From Patescibacteria group bacterium UBA3466 (lineage in GTDB: Bacteria > Patescibacteriota > Minisyncoccia > Phycocordibacterales > UBA918): 64,000 nt of DNA. The translations under genes were made by a program, and so were the position numbers. The number at the start of each line of letters is the position of its first letter. Position 1 is the stretch's first letter. The notes under the pieces are model-generated. The model had not been told where the DNA came from and did no database searches. It was given only the letters and a program-made list of their open reading frames with translations. This document shows, piece after piece, positions 1 to 9,859 of this stretch. Location of the stretch: the NCBI GenBank assembly GCA_002378195.1, contig DFRJ01000002.1, positions 204,816 through 268,815 of the forward strand, read 5' to 3'.

Positions 1-436
1 TCGTGGCGCAGCAAAATTTCTACCAGTGAGCTATCCCCATCCTTATACTCTGCTCTTATGATGGCGCCGATGGCTTCCTCCGCACTTTTAATATCTTTTT
101 CAGTTTTAGATATTTCTAAGATCAGTTTATTAATTTCTAAATCTGTAAAGGTGATCTCGGTCTCGGTTTTGGCTATTTCGGCAGTAACTTTTTTTCTTTC
201 AACTTCGAGTTTGTTAATTGCCGATTGAAGAGTCTTCTTTTCCGCCCCTACTTCTTGGAGCTCCGCATTGTAACGTGCTATTTCTGCTTCGATCTCTGAA
301 AGTCGACTGCTTCTGTCTTCTATTTGGTCGCGAAGCTCTTCAATTTCAGAGTTGGCGAAAGCGCTTGGTATAGCACTATAAAAAATACTGGGAAGAGATA
401 CTCCCACTATGAAGGCTACGAACAGTCTAGTATTCA
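1..436 (-). CDS. Partial CDS (N-terminal 145 aa; C-terminus runs off the window). It has an N-terminal signal/TM segment followed by a long coiled coil, and may be an EnvC-like or M23-peptidase-associated divisome protein.
   Basis: ATG at 434-436 (rc) reads in frame to position 1: MNTRLFVAFIVGVSLPSIFYSAIPSAFANSEIEELRDQIEDRSSRLSEIEAEIARYNAELQEV... with heptad-rich E/K/L sequence. The start abuts the gltX stop. The track does not list it because it is truncated by the window edge. Confidence 0.35.
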
Positions 437-1903
437 TTACTCCCCTATTTTATCACAAGCTTGCTTGACTCGGGAGATGGTCATTTCACGGCCTAAAATA
501 TAGGCTAAAGTGAAGGGGTCTGGTGATTGCTGGCGACCAGAAAGAGCTACTCTAAGAGGCCAAAGCAACTCCCCCTTTCCTACTTCTTCAGCAAACGGCC
601 AAAGAGCTTCTTTGATTGTGTCTGGACTTGAAAAATCAGCTGCCTCTAGAAGGTTAAGAGCTTGCTGAAGACGTGGCAGCGCAGCCGTGACATCGTCATC
701 GTTCTTCCATTGTAGTAAGTCGGTAGTATATTGTATGTCAGTATTTAGCCAGTCGTACTCCCCTGCTTCTATAGCTCCCTTAATCTCATTAAAATTACTA
801 GCCCGCTCCAGTGCTAGGTCGTGCAAAGAATTAACGCGCTGGTCAGCAAACTCACCGCTCAGCTTGAAGGTGCTAGGGGTAACGCTCGAAACGTAAGTTG
901 CTTTTTCTTCAGGGCTTAGAGTTTTGAGGTATTCTTTGTTCATCCATTTAAGTTTCTCTTCATTAAAAGCCCCACCAGATTTTTGAATCTTGTCTAAACT
1001 AAATTTCTCAATTAGTTCTTTGTCTCTGAATATTTCATCGTTACCACCAGGGTTCCAGCCAATCAGAGCCAGGAAGTTACGCATGGCTTCAGGTAGGTAG
1101 CCGTCTGAACGATACTCAAGAAGATCTTTTGCTCCATCGCGCTTACTCAGCTTCTTCTTACCGTCTGGACCCATAATTGGTGGCAGCGTCACAAATAATG
1201 GATATTCGATCTCGAGCGCATCATACAGACTGAGGAACTTCGGTGTACTAGAGATGAATTCTTCACCGCGCATTACGTGAGTAACACCCATCTCAAAGTC
1301 GTCAATGATGTGGGCGAAATTGTAGGTTGGATAGCCATCGGCTTTGATGATAATAATGTCATCCAGCATTTCCTCTCCTGCTGATAGCTTTCCTCGTACT
1401 AAGTCAGTCCACTCGTAACGCTTGATTTCCGGGACCTTAAAGCGCAGTGGCTGGGTGCCATCCCATTCACCAGGGTTGTCTGGTCGGTGTTGTCGGTATA
1501 GAAAGGGTCGATTATCTTTTTGAGCTTGTTCGCGAAAAGCTTCCAACTCCTCTTTGGTGTATGGGTCAGGGTATGCCAAGCCTTTAGCAATCAGTTTTTC
1601 AGCATATTTTTTATAGGTATCTAGTCGGTCTGACTGTAAGCAAGAGTCAAATTCACCAGGGTTGTCAGGACCATAGTCCCAGTCTAGCCCTAACCATTTT
1701 AGAGATTCTTGAATGTGCTTAATTGACCCCTCTACTTCCCTGTTCTTGTCGGTGTCTTCAATCCTGAGGATGAAAGTACCGCCTTCTTTTTTAGCTAGGA
1801 GATAGGCAAAAAGGGCGGTCCGTACTCCGCCAATATGCATAAAGCCAGTGGGTGACGGCGCAAATCGTGTCACCACCTGTTGTGTATTGTTTTTATGATC
1901 CAT
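437..1903 (-). CDS. gltX: Glutamyl-tRNA synthetase (class I).
   Basis: TRFAPSPTGFMHIGGVRTALF (HIGH motif), KLSKR (KMSKS-like). The start was moved to the internal Met (MDHKNN...) to avoid a 44-nt overlap with murG. The track ORF is 437..1936. Confidence 0.88.
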   Translation of the reverse strand: MDHKNNTQQVVTRFAPSPTGFMHIGGVRTALFAYLLAKKEGGTFILRIEDTDKNREVEGSIKHIQESLKWLGLDWDYGPDNPGEFDSCLQSDRLDTYKKYAEKLIAKGLAYPDPYTKEELEAFREQAQKDNRPFLYRQHRPDNPGEWDGTQPLRFKVPEIKRYEWTDLVRGKLSAGEEMLDDIIIIKADGYPTYNFAHIIDDFEMGVTHVMRGEEFISSTPKFLSLYDALEIEYPLFVTLPPIMGPDGKKKLSKRDGAKDLLEYRSDGYLPEAMRNFLALIGWNPGGNDEIFRDKELIEKFSLDKIQKSGGAFNEEKLKWMNKEYLKTLSPEEKATYVSSVTPSTFKLSGEFADQRVNSLHDLALERASNFNEIKGAIEAGEYDWLNTDIQYTTDLLQWKNDDDVTAALPRLQQALNLLEAADFSSPDTIKEALWPFAEEVGKGELLWPLRVALSGRQQSPDPFTLAYILGREMTISRVKQACDKIGE

Positions 1904-3005
1904 GTTCGATACCAATTGATACCAGAATATCGGCAATTTTGCTAGAGGCTCCGTCTACAAACATCCCTCTAGCAGCCTTTGACATGTTTTCATACTGGTC
2001 TGGCTTGGTGAGAATGTTGTTGATCTCGGTCTCGAGGAGAGAAGTGGTAATGTTTTGCTCTTCTAAGACAGTGGCGGCTCCGCTTCTAGCATAAGCGTAG
2101 GCGTTGGTGCGCTGGTCACGGCTAACGTCCTCGGGGATTGGAATCACAATGGCTGGTTTGCCGTGATAAGCAATCTCAAACAGCGTAGTACTGCCGGCCC
2201 GCGTGACAACCAACTTTGCAGCCGACATTAAGGCGTTTACGGTCTTGGGTCCTATCTTCCCTTCCAGATAGTAGCTATCCATCAGGTCGGTATCTTCGAG
2301 TAGGCTCTGTGCCGTCAGTCGCATTTCTTCGAGGTTTGCCTCTCCTGTTTGGTGATAGATACGATAGTGTGGCAATAGCTGCTTGAGTGATTTGATGACT
2401 AGGTTGTTTACTCGGTCTGCGCCTTGTGATCCACCGGTGATGTATATGAGAGGCTTGTCTTCAGGTATGCCGAGTTGTTCATGGGGGTTCTCAGGGGTGT
2501 CTTTCAGTTCTGGTCTTAGGGGAATGCCAGTGAGTGCCGTTTTCTCTGGTGGGAAAAACTGAGCAGCGTCATCATATGAAATAGCGATATAACGCGCTTG
2601 ACCAATTGCTAGCTTGTTGGCTCGGCCTGGCACAGCATCTGATTCATGAATCACAAGCGGAATACGAAGAAATTTTGCTGCCAATAGAATAGGTACGGCT
2701 GTATATCCACCTTTGCTAAATATTGCGTCAGGGTAAATGATGTAGAGTTTGATGATGGCGATTGGTACACCGAAAATATTGCGGAAAATATCAATAATGT
2801 TCTGAATAGAAAAATAGCGTCGCAGTTTGCCAGCTGGGCAGTGTACATACTTTATATCGTATTTAGTTAAGGAGTCTCTGTCGTATGGCGATGGTCCAAA
2901 GTAGTATAGTTCTGGCTTGGATTCATGCTTGGACAACTCACTCGCCACCCCCATCAAAGGATAGAAATGACCGCCTGTTCCGCCTCCAACAAAACCAATT
3001 TTCAT
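1893..3005 (-). CDS. murG: MurG, UDP-GlcNAc:lipid I N-acetylglucosaminyltransferase.
   Basis: MKIGFVGGGTGGHFYPLMGVASEL at the N-terminus (G-loop), and a GT28 C-terminal domain. The start was chosen at MKIG 14 nt after the ftsW stop. The track ORF extends to 3056. Confidence 0.85.
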   Translation of the reverse strand: MKIGFVGGGTGGHFYPLMGVASELSKHESKPELYYFGPSPYDRDSLTKYDIKYVHCPAGKLRRYFSIQNIIDIFRNIFGVPIAIIKLYIIYPDAIFSKGGYTAVPILLAAKFLRIPLVIHESDAVPGRANKLAIGQARYIAISYDDAAQFFPPEKTALTGIPLRPELKDTPENPHEQLGIPEDKPLIYITGGSQGADRVNNLVIKSLKQLLPHYRIYHQTGEANLEEMRLTAQSLLEDTDLMDSYYLEGKIGPKTVNALMSAAKLVVTRAGSTTLFEIAYHGKPAIVIPIPEDVSRDQRTNAYAYARSGAATVLEEQNITTSLLETEINNILTKPDQYENMSKAARGMFVDGASSKIADILVSIGIEHGS

Positions 3006-3018
3006 ATAAGTAAGTTTA

Positions 3019-4137
3019 TCACGCAGACTTTCTAAAAGTGCGGTATTTTGACACATTTAGCACAATGCCCAGTGAAGCCAGGGTTGATAATAGCGCCGTA
3101 CCACCATGGCTAATAAACGGTAGTGGCAAGCCCGACAGTGGTGCGATCGCCAGCATGGCTCCGATGTTTAAAAAGGCCTGAGCGATGATTATGGTCATAA
3201 ATCCAATTACTAGTAGTGTGCCAAAAATGTCCTTGGCTTGTGAGGCCGTACGGTAGCCTCTAAGGGTTAAAAATACCATTGAAAATATAAGTGTCACAGA
3301 ACCAATAAAACCAAACTCTTCTGCGTAAACGGCAAAAATTGAGTCGCTAGTTGGCTCGGGTAAATATTCAAATTTTTGGATACTCTGTCCAAAACCTCTT
3401 CCGGCAATTCCGCCAGATCCAACCGCAATTAAGGATTGGTGGATTTGATAGCCGCTACCTAACGGATCGGCGTCGGGATCTAAAAAAGTGAGCATGCGGT
3501 CCATGATGTATGGTCGTAGCATTGCTACAGTGGCAATCAGTAATACTCCGGCAATTATGATGAATCCAATGTCACGCCAGCGGGCGCCAGCTACCAGAAA
3601 CATCGACATACCGGCAAAGGCCATGATCATAAAGGTGTCGGTGTCTGGTTGTAGTAACATTACAAAGCCTACTATGCCAGTGATGACAGCAAAAGGAATA
3701 AGGCCGTGTCGCCAATGACTGACTTTGCCGTGCGTACCAGACAGCCAGGTGGCTAAATAAATAACAAAACCAATTTTTAATAATTCTGATGGTTGTATAG
3801 TGGTAATCCCTAAGTCTAGCCAACGAGTTGCACCAGCATGGGTCATACCGATGCCGGGTACGAAGACGGCCAGTGTAAGAAGCAACGATCCAACGAAAAT
3901 ATAAAAGGCGTACTTTCTCCAGTGACGGTAGTATACGTTCGATAGTAAAAGCAAAGCAGCTCCGCCACCGACAATACCAAACATTAATTGACTTAGAGCC
4001 TCAGCTCCAAAACTAGCTCCGTCTCTAGCCATTAATCCAAGAGAGGCTGAAGAGAAAATTAAAAAACCGCCTGCCACCATCAGCCCGATTAGAGCAAGTA
4101 GGATCCCGTCAACAGATTTTGGTTTCTGGTAACTCAT
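3019..4137 (-). CDS. ftsW: FtsW/RodA (SEDS family) peptidoglycan polymerase.
   Basis: A polytopic membrane protein of about 10 TM helices sitting between mraY and murG, as in dcw clusters. Its ATG overlaps the mraY stop (ATGA). Confidence 0.82.
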   Translation of the reverse strand: MSYQKPKSVDGILLALIGLMVAGGFLIFSSASLGLMARDGASFGAEALSQLMFGIVGGGAALLLLSNVYYRHWRKYAFYIFVGSLLLTLAVFVPGIGMTHAGATRWLDLGITTIQPSELLKIGFVIYLATWLSGTHGKVSHWRHGLIPFAVITGIVGFVMLLQPDTDTFMIMAFAGMSMFLVAGARWRDIGFIIIAGVLLIATVAMLRPYIMDRMLTFLDPDADPLGSGYQIHQSLIAVGSGGIAGRGFGQSIQKFEYLPEPTSDSIFAVYAEEFGFIGSVTLIFSMVFLTLRGYRTASQAKDIFGTLLVIGFMTIIIAQAFLNIGAMLAIAPLSGLPLPFISHGGTALLSTLASLGIVLNVSKYRTFRKSA

Positions 4138-5192
4138 GCAATGTTAGCCAAAATTACCCCGATCACGGCACAGAAGATACTGATGATCCAGTACCTCATA
4201 GTTACTTTGTGCGAAGGCCAACCGATTGCTTCAAAATGGTGATGAAGTGGTGCGATTCTAAATAGCTTACGTCCAGTCAATTTCCTATACAGTACCTGAA
4301 TGACATTTGAGGCTACAGTAGCAATGAGGGGCAGGCCGACGATGAGGAGTAAGCTGATACCGTTACCTTCGCCGAGAGAGTCAGTCATGAACACTATCGT
4401 AGCGAGGCATAAGGTGAGCGCCATCGAACCTGTTTCGGTCATCCAAAATCGCGCTGGTGGTATGTTAAACCAAAGGAACGCCATTACAGCACCTACTACA
4501 GTAGCGGTAAAGGTAGCTATTTCAAATTGTGATTGGGCGATTGCGATACCGGTGTAGGCTGTGAAAATAGCGGCAAAAACTCCGCCAGATAGGCCATCTA
4601 TGCCATCAATTACTCCACTGGCATACAAAAGTAATGTCAGTAAGACAAAGAACGGAATAATAAAGACACCGAGTTCTAGGGATCCGTCAAACGGAATGCT
4701 GATGGTGGTAACATCGAGCTTGTCATAAAACCACCAAGCCAGCGTTCCGGATAAGATGGAAATTAGCAAGAGTCGTAATTTTAGGGATAGCCCCCTGCCC
4801 TCGTGGTATACATCGTAAAAGTCATTTAGAAAACCGATGGTGGCTCCGATAAGTAGTGCAAAGGTGGGTATAAGAGTCTGTGATCTGCTGAGGTAATCTA
4901 GGTCAGCAAAGTAGCTATTTGGTAGGATGATCGATAGCAAAAAAGTACCGATGATAGTGATAAGTACACTTCCCCAAATAACGATACCGCCCATCCTCGG
5001 TGTACTAGTTTCTGCTCCAGCCTTGAGGCGGTTAAATTCTATGGCTTCGTGGCCGCCCATAGCCACTTTTCCTCCCTGTTTCTTCCAGACTTCGTGTTTG
5101 TATAGAAAATGTGTCACTAAGGGAGTGATGGCAATTCCAACAGTAAATGTTATAAGGGCGGGTAGTAGTACGCTAAGTAGAGTCGATTCCAT
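4134..5192 (-). CDS. mraY: Phospho-N-acetylmuramoyl-pentapeptide transferase MraY.
   Basis: Multi-TM protein, 352 aa, with MraY-like loops (DDxD-type region IDGIDGLSGG, HHHFE). Confidence 0.88.
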   Translation of the reverse strand: MESTLLSVLLPALITFTVGIAITPLVTHFLYKHEVWKKQGGKVAMGGHEAIEFNRLKAGAETSTPRMGGIVIWGSVLITIIGTFLLSIILPNSYFADLDYLSRSQTLIPTFALLIGATIGFLNDFYDVYHEGRGLSLKLRLLLISILSGTLAWWFYDKLDVTTISIPFDGSLELGVFIIPFFVLLTLLLYASGVIDGIDGLSGGVFAAIFTAYTGIAIAQSQFEIATFTATVVGAVMAFLWFNIPPARFWMTETGSMALTLCLATIVFMTDSLGEGNGISLLLIVGLPLIATVASNVIQVLYRKLTGRKLFRIAPLHHHFEAIGWPSHKVTMRYWIISIFCAVIGVILANIA

Positions 5193-5193
5193 A

Positions 5194-6204
5194 CTAATTG
5201 TTTCCTAATACTAATTCTGTAGCGCTGATAAGGTTGAGAACGTCAGTGAAACGCTCGCTACGGGTAGAGCCCAGTACTGTAACAATGATTGGTCGATTGT
5301 TACCGGCGTCAAAGGCGACGGTTAGGTTTCCACCAGCCAGGTCTGTGTAGCCGGTCTTTGACCCGATGAGGTTTGGTATCTCATTAACAGCCTTATTGGT
5401 GTTGTTGGCGTTATGGAAAGAGCCGGCAGTGTTGTAGATACGAGTTGCTGATTCCTGGGTCGGTTCTAATATTTCTGGATAAGCTTCAACTATGTGCTCC
5501 ATTAGGAATGATACGTCTCGAGCTGATCCTACTGCTCCTGGTTTGTTAGCTGAAATATCCAAGCCCGTAGTGTTTTTGAAGTCAAGAGTATAAAGACCAA
5601 GCTCGTCGGCCCTTATATTCATGCCAGCCACAAACTGTGCCACTGGATCTTGTTCACCAAGCAGCGCACCTACATTGGCTGCGAGTGCATAAGCTGCGTC
5701 ATTTGAGGATGAAACTAAGGCCATGTTCCTAAGGTCTTCAGAGGTAAGAATCTCACCGTCGGTGAACCCGCTGCTACCCTCTTGGAGGATGGCTGAGAGT
5801 GAGACGGTCGCCTTTTCGTTTTCTGATACTAGCTCGTGGGCCACGAGAGCCGTCATAAGTTTGGTGATTGAAGCTAGTGGTAGCACTGTCTCAGCGTTCT
5901 TTGAATACAGAGCTTTTTGCGCCTTAACATCCCAAACGTAGGCTGCTTCACCGGTAATCGAAACTTCCTCAATCTTTTGCGGTGTAATTGGGTACTGTTT
6001 GTCATCCAGGTCTAGTCTGGTTGGGGTTGGAGTCGCCTCCTGAGGGGTTGCATTTAATTGCGACACCGCCCACGAACCAAAGATAATTACAAATATACCA
6101 CCCAAAATACCCAACTGGGCTAAAATCGGAAAACTATTTTTGTTGGCAGTTTCCTCTTCCTGAATGATTGGTGGGTAGTTGTCAGTCATGTTCATTATTA
6201 TCAA
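5194..6204 (-). CDS. Serine-type D-Ala-D-Ala carboxypeptidase (PBP5/6-like, peptidase S11).
   Basis: SxxK (SITK), SxN (SSSN) and KTG (KTGYT) motifs. It has an N-terminal TM anchor. The N-terminus overlaps scpB by 23 nt in the track, and a downstream Met start is possible. Confidence 0.78.
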   Translation of the reverse strand: MIIMNMTDNYPPIIQEEETANKNSFPILAQLGILGGIFVIIFGSWAVSQLNATPQEATPTPTRLDLDDKQYPITPQKIEEVSITGEAAYVWDVKAQKALYSKNAETVLPLASITKLMTALVAHELVSENEKATVSLSAILQEGSSGFTDGEILTSEDLRNMALVSSSNDAAYALAANVGALLGEQDPVAQFVAGMNIRADELGLYTLDFKNTTGLDISANKPGAVGSARDVSFLMEHIVEAYPEILEPTQESATRIYNTAGSFHNANNTNKAVNEIPNLIGSKTGYTDLAGGNLTVAFDAGNNRPIIVTVLGSTRSERFTDVLNLISATELVLGNN

Positions 6205-6709
6205 AGGCTTCGATGGCAGTCTTGAATTCAGAAAATTCTGGCAGGTCCATCTTACGTGATACGCCCAGATGTTGGAGTAATTTTGGACTAGTCTTAAATT
6301 GATAGCCGTGACCGGTCACAGACTCACGGGTGATTAGACCGCGGATTAAGAGATTGCGAATAATGAAAGATGAATTTACACCCCTAATGCGATCTATGTC
6401 GGCGCGTGAAATTGGCTCATTGTATAAAATGATTGAAAGGGTTTCCGCGCCTGCCTTGCCGATATCGCCTGACACTTCTTGTTTTCTGATGGACTCAATA
6501 AACTCCCCCAGTTCGGAGGCGGTTGAGAGTTGCACTTCGGTGTCGGTCTCTACTACTCTGACGGCTCCAGATTGTAGTCTGTCAGACATTATCTTGAGGC
6601 TGTCTTGTAGTTCTTGTTCGGTCACGTCAAAAAGCTTGCATAGCTGCTTTTTCTTTTGGGGCGTAGCTTTATAGAAAAGTAACGCCTCAATGAAAACATC
6701 AAGACTCAT
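6182..6709 (-). CDS. scpB: Segregation and condensation protein B (ScpB).
   Basis: 175 aa with an ScpB winged-helix pattern (FIEALLF...GEFIESIRKQE...SRADIDRIRGVNSSFIIRNLLIRGLI). Confidence 0.82.
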   Translation of the reverse strand: MSLDVFIEALLFYKATPQKKKQLCKLFDVTEQELQDSLKIMSDRLQSGAVRVVETDTEVQLSTASELGEFIESIRKQEVSGDIGKAGAETLSIILYNEPISRADIDRIRGVNSSFIIRNLLIRGLITRESVTGHGYQFKTSPKLLQHLGVSRKMDLPEFSEFKTAIEAFDNNEHD

Positions 6710-6764
6710 AAGGGCATATTAACACAAAAGAGCCAATATTTTCAGGCTAGTTTTACCCCATTGT

Positions 6765-7496
6765 TTAGTAATATCGCGGAGTGTGGGTCTGTTCTAGCTC
6801 CATGTGAATATCCTCAAAGTGGCCAGCTTGAGTGATGATAACGTCACCTTGCTTGAAGAGTTCGAGGATAGCTAAAAAACTAACAATGACATTCTTGTGT
6901 TCAGTTTCTTGTGACCTGATTTCAGAAAATCTAGTCTTCATTTGAGTTTCAATGCGCTTTCTAAGTTTTGCCATCATGTCTTCAAGGGAAATTGTCGGCT
7001 TAACTTTGGCGGTAGGCTTCTTCTCAGTCCGTGGTAAATCGGTTAATACCCTTCTCATGGCTGCTTGCAGTGCGGGAATGGTACAAAAATCATCTGGTAA
7101 GAATAGCGGGTCTCGGGGTGGTGCGTATTCTGGTTCAAACATCATGGTGGTGCCAAAGCGAGTCTGGATGTGTTGAGCCGCATCTCTATAAAGCTGGTAG
7201 CGCTTCAGTCTCTCTTCTAGATTCTCGATACTTTCCTCTTCCTCTTCAGTAAGATCTAGTACTGGTAATAGTGATTTTGATTTAATCAACAGCAGCGTCG
7301 ATGCTAATGAGACAAATTGCGAAGTGTTGGGCAGCGATAGCTCCTGCATGGCGCTGACTGTTTGCATGTATTCATCAGTCACTGCTGCTAAGGCGATGTC
7401 ATTAATCAGTAGTTTTCTTTTCTCAACCAACTCAATAAGCAGCTCCAAAGGACCTTCAAAAGTATCAGTTTTGATTGAAAAGCTTGCTGTGCTCAT
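6765..7496 (-). CDS. scpA: Segregation and condensation protein A (ScpA).
   Basis: FEGPLELLIELVEKRKLLINDIALAAVTDEYM is an ScpA N-terminal signature. It lies adjacent to scpB. Confidence 0.82.
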   Translation of the reverse strand: MSTASFSIKTDTFEGPLELLIELVEKRKLLINDIALAAVTDEYMQTVSAMQELSLPNTSQFVSLASTLLLIKSKSLLPVLDLTEEEEESIENLEERLKRYQLYRDAAQHIQTRFGTTMMFEPEYAPPRDPLFLPDDFCTIPALQAAMRRVLTDLPRTEKKPTAKVKPTISLEDMMAKLRKRIETQMKTRFSEIRSQETEHKNVIVSFLAILELFKQGDVIITQAGHFEDIHMELEQTHTPRYY

Positions 7497-7511
7497 GTAA
7501 GTAGTCTAGCA

Positions 7512-8144
7512 CTACTCAGGTTGGTAAAAGCCCTCTTTGTCCATGGTTGCCTCTATTACCTCAAAGAAACGTTTGAGACACGGGTAATCACTGACATACG
7601 GAGCCTTGTGATGATGAGCCTGCTCCTTGGTGGTTTTTTGTAGGTGCATGATCTTTTTACCGTTATCATTATAGATTTGAAACACGGGTTCGATGCGGTC
7701 TAAGGCCTTAGCAAATTTTGCTTCAGGTGATTGTTGTGCATTGTATTCTTCGTTTATGGCGTGAACTTTTGGTTGTAGGTGCGCTGGGAAACTGGCCAGA
7801 ACTTTCTCTGCAGCAGTTTCTTCGGCCTCACGGTCGGCGTCGGTTTTTAGATAACCAATGATGTCTCCAGTCTCAATTTCATCAATATCATGATACTGCA
7901 GCATGTCGTGAACTTTGGTCCAGTCCATGGTGTGATTTTGGTCCTCTAGGGGTAGAAAATAATCTGCCAGCAAGTGCAGGGCGTAGACGTGCTCAGCTAC
8001 TGACTCGGTGGCGATTTCCTCATTGCGCTCGACAATGTAGCGGATCACTCGTTTGAGGCCGTATCCGTACTGGATTTTCTTGGTTTCAGATAATACAAAT
8101 TCGTCAGACTTAATGATATTTTCGATGGTTTCAGTAATGTTCAT
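7512..8144 (-). CDS. HD-domain phosphohydrolase (YfbR/5'-deoxynucleotidase-like).
   Basis: VAEHVYALHLLADYF ... YHDIDEIETGD (H...HD...D motif). The start was chosen at the internal Met (MNITETIEN). The track's 5' extension (to 8333) overlaps the small ORF 8203..8394 and the terminator hairpin at 8164-8190. Confidence 0.6.
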   Translation of the reverse strand: MNITETIENIIKSDEFVLSETKKIQYGYGLKRVIRYIVERNEEIATESVAEHVYALHLLADYFLPLEDQNHTMDWTKVHDMLQYHDIDEIETGDIIGYLKTDADREAEETAAEKVLASFPAHLQPKVHAINEEYNAQQSPEAKFAKALDRIEPVFQIYNDNGKKIMHLQKTTKEQAHHHKAPYVSDYPCLKRFFEVIEATMDKEGFYQPE

Positions 8145-8163
8145 GAGGATGATATTAGCATAA

Positions 8164-8190
8164 AAAACAGCGGCGGGTGCCGCTGTTTTG
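8164..8190 (-). terminator. Rho-independent terminator hairpin.
   Basis: AAAACAGCGGC-gggt-GCCGCTGTTTT. On the minus strand it is followed by TTTTTAT. Confidence 0.55.
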
Positions 8191-8202
8191 ACCAGAGTGA
8201 GC

Positions 8203-8394
8203 TTAGTGACCAGCTTCGTGCTGTACGCAACTGGGTGGCTTGTGCTGGTACTCTTCACTGCACCATTTGCCGCCGGCGCTGACAGAAGATCTGCCCAGCA
8301 TGATAAGCACTGCCAGCGAGGCAAAAATAGCAATGACTATGCCCATTTGCAGACCAGCTGACAAACCACCAGCATCAGTGTTGTTGGTAGACAT
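8203..8394 (-). CDS. Small (63 aa) membrane protein, hypothetical, GC-rich.
   Basis: One TM helix (MGIVIAIFASLAVLIML). It is followed by a terminator. Local GC is well above the window average. This is a weak call. Confidence 0.3.
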   Translation of the reverse strand: MSTNNTDAGGLSAGLQMGIVIAIFASLAVLIMLGRSSVSAGGKWCSEEYQHKPPSCVQHEAGH

Positions 8395-8448
8395 CCCATT
8401 CTCCTTTTGTTTGAGGGGTACTGCTTCAGGGCTAATTTAGCACTATCT

Positions 8449-9855
8449 TTAGCTAGTTTCAATATATCTGAGTAATGTTTTAACTGGTTCACCGGTGGCA
8501 CCTTTAACTAGTTTGTCGCCGGCGGCACTTTCCATTCGTGGTGCCATGTCGATATGGGCCCAAGGAGTCTTCTTCGGAGCGAAAAATGACAAGAAGGTAC
8601 CGCCTTCAATACAGCCTCCCCAGCGGGCAAAGTTGACTGCAATGTTAGCAATGTCGGCCCGAGTGCTCTTAAGCGAAGATTTATACTCATCCCATAAAGG
8701 TAGCGGCCACATTAAATCACCTGTGTCTTCACCAATTTCTACCAGTTTGTCTTGCAATGACTTACTCTTGGTGAGAACGGCTGATGTTTTTTGTCCAAGA
8801 GCAACTAAGGATGCTCCGGTTAAGGTGGCTACGTCAATCATGGCTTTGGGTTGATAGTATTTTTCGGCATAGGTCATAGCATCAGCCAGTACCAGTCTCC
8901 CTTCTGCATCAGTGTGCAAGATTTCGACAGTTTGTCCTGACATAGAGGTGGCGATATCACCAGCTCGCATACAGTCAGCTGAAATCGAATTCTCGGCAGC
9001 TGGAATAAGTGCTACCACATTTTTCTTTAGACCGAGTTTGGCAATGGCGCGCATGGTACCGATGACTGCTGCTCCTCCAGACATGTCCATATGCATGTCA
9101 TGCATGGCTCCTGTTGGTTTTACATTAAGGCCACCGCTATCGTAGGTGATCCCTTTTCCAATAAGTGCTACCGGTGCCGATTTTTTGGCAGCACCAAAGT
9201 ACTCGATAATTATGAGTCTTGGTTTGTCTTTTGCACCCTTCCCTACAGCGTCTAATAGCCCCATTTTGAGCTGTTTGATCTTTTTGTGATCCAACACCTT
9301 CACTTTGGCTTTTGTGCCTGAAACGGCCTTTTTTGCCGCTTCGGCTAGCTGACTCGGAGCCATGTCTTCGCCCGATGTGTTGGCAACATCTCGGGTGTAG
9401 TTTACGGCCTCTCCTGTAATAAGACCGGTCTTAAACGCCTGCTTGTCTGCTGCTTTTTTGATGCCGCAGATCATTATTTCTTTGAGAGCGTAGTCTGACT
9501 TTTTACTTTTGTAGGTTGTGAACTCGTAAGTGGCTAGTTGTAGTTGTTCAGCCAGCGTTCTGTAGTACCACTTACTACCTTTCTCTTCGAGTTTAGGGCA
9601 ACCCATTGGTCCAAGCTGGAGGGCGATATGCGTCAGTTTGTGTGACTTGGCAGCCATCACGATTGAGCGCACAAGCGTACGGTACTTCCGCACTGTCATA
9701 TCCTTCCGCTTTCCAGCTCCCATTCGGTACTCAAGCCTGCCGTCTTTTGTTTCTACTAATCGGTGCCAGTCTGGTTTGTCTTCGGTGAGTACAATTTTGA
9801 CACACTGCTTTGGTAGCTGATCGAACTCTTTGGTTGTTAAAGTGATTTTTGTCAT
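8449..9855 (-). CDS. pepA: Leucyl aminopeptidase (peptidase M17).
   Basis: NTDAEGRLVLADAMTYAE and GKGITYDSGGLNVKP are M17 active-site regions. Confidence 0.9.
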   Translation of the reverse strand: MTKITLTTKEFDQLPKQCVKIVLTEDKPDWHRLVETKDGRLEYRMGAGKRKDMTVRKYRTLVRSIVMAAKSHKLTHIALQLGPMGCPKLEEKGSKWYYRTLAEQLQLATYEFTTYKSKKSDYALKEIMICGIKKAADKQAFKTGLITGEAVNYTRDVANTSGEDMAPSQLAEAAKKAVSGTKAKVKVLDHKKIKQLKMGLLDAVGKGAKDKPRLIIIEYFGAAKKSAPVALIGKGITYDSGGLNVKPTGAMHDMHMDMSGGAAVIGTMRAIAKLGLKKNVVALIPAAENSISADCMRAGDIATSMSGQTVEILHTDAEGRLVLADAMTYAEKYYQPKAMIDVATLTGASLVALGQKTSAVLTKSKSLQDKLVEIGEDTGDLMWPLPLWDEYKSSLKSTRADIANIAVNFARWGGCIEGGTFLSFFAPKKTPWAHIDMAPRMESAAGDKLVKGATGEPVKTLLRYIETS

Positions 9856-9859
9856 ATTT

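Noticed and set aside
8203-8394. A GC-rich small ORF as a horizontally transferred gene.
   Set aside because: Only 63 codons with one TM helix. The GC excess could simply reflect the adjacent terminator and promoter. It is kept as a low-confidence feature only.
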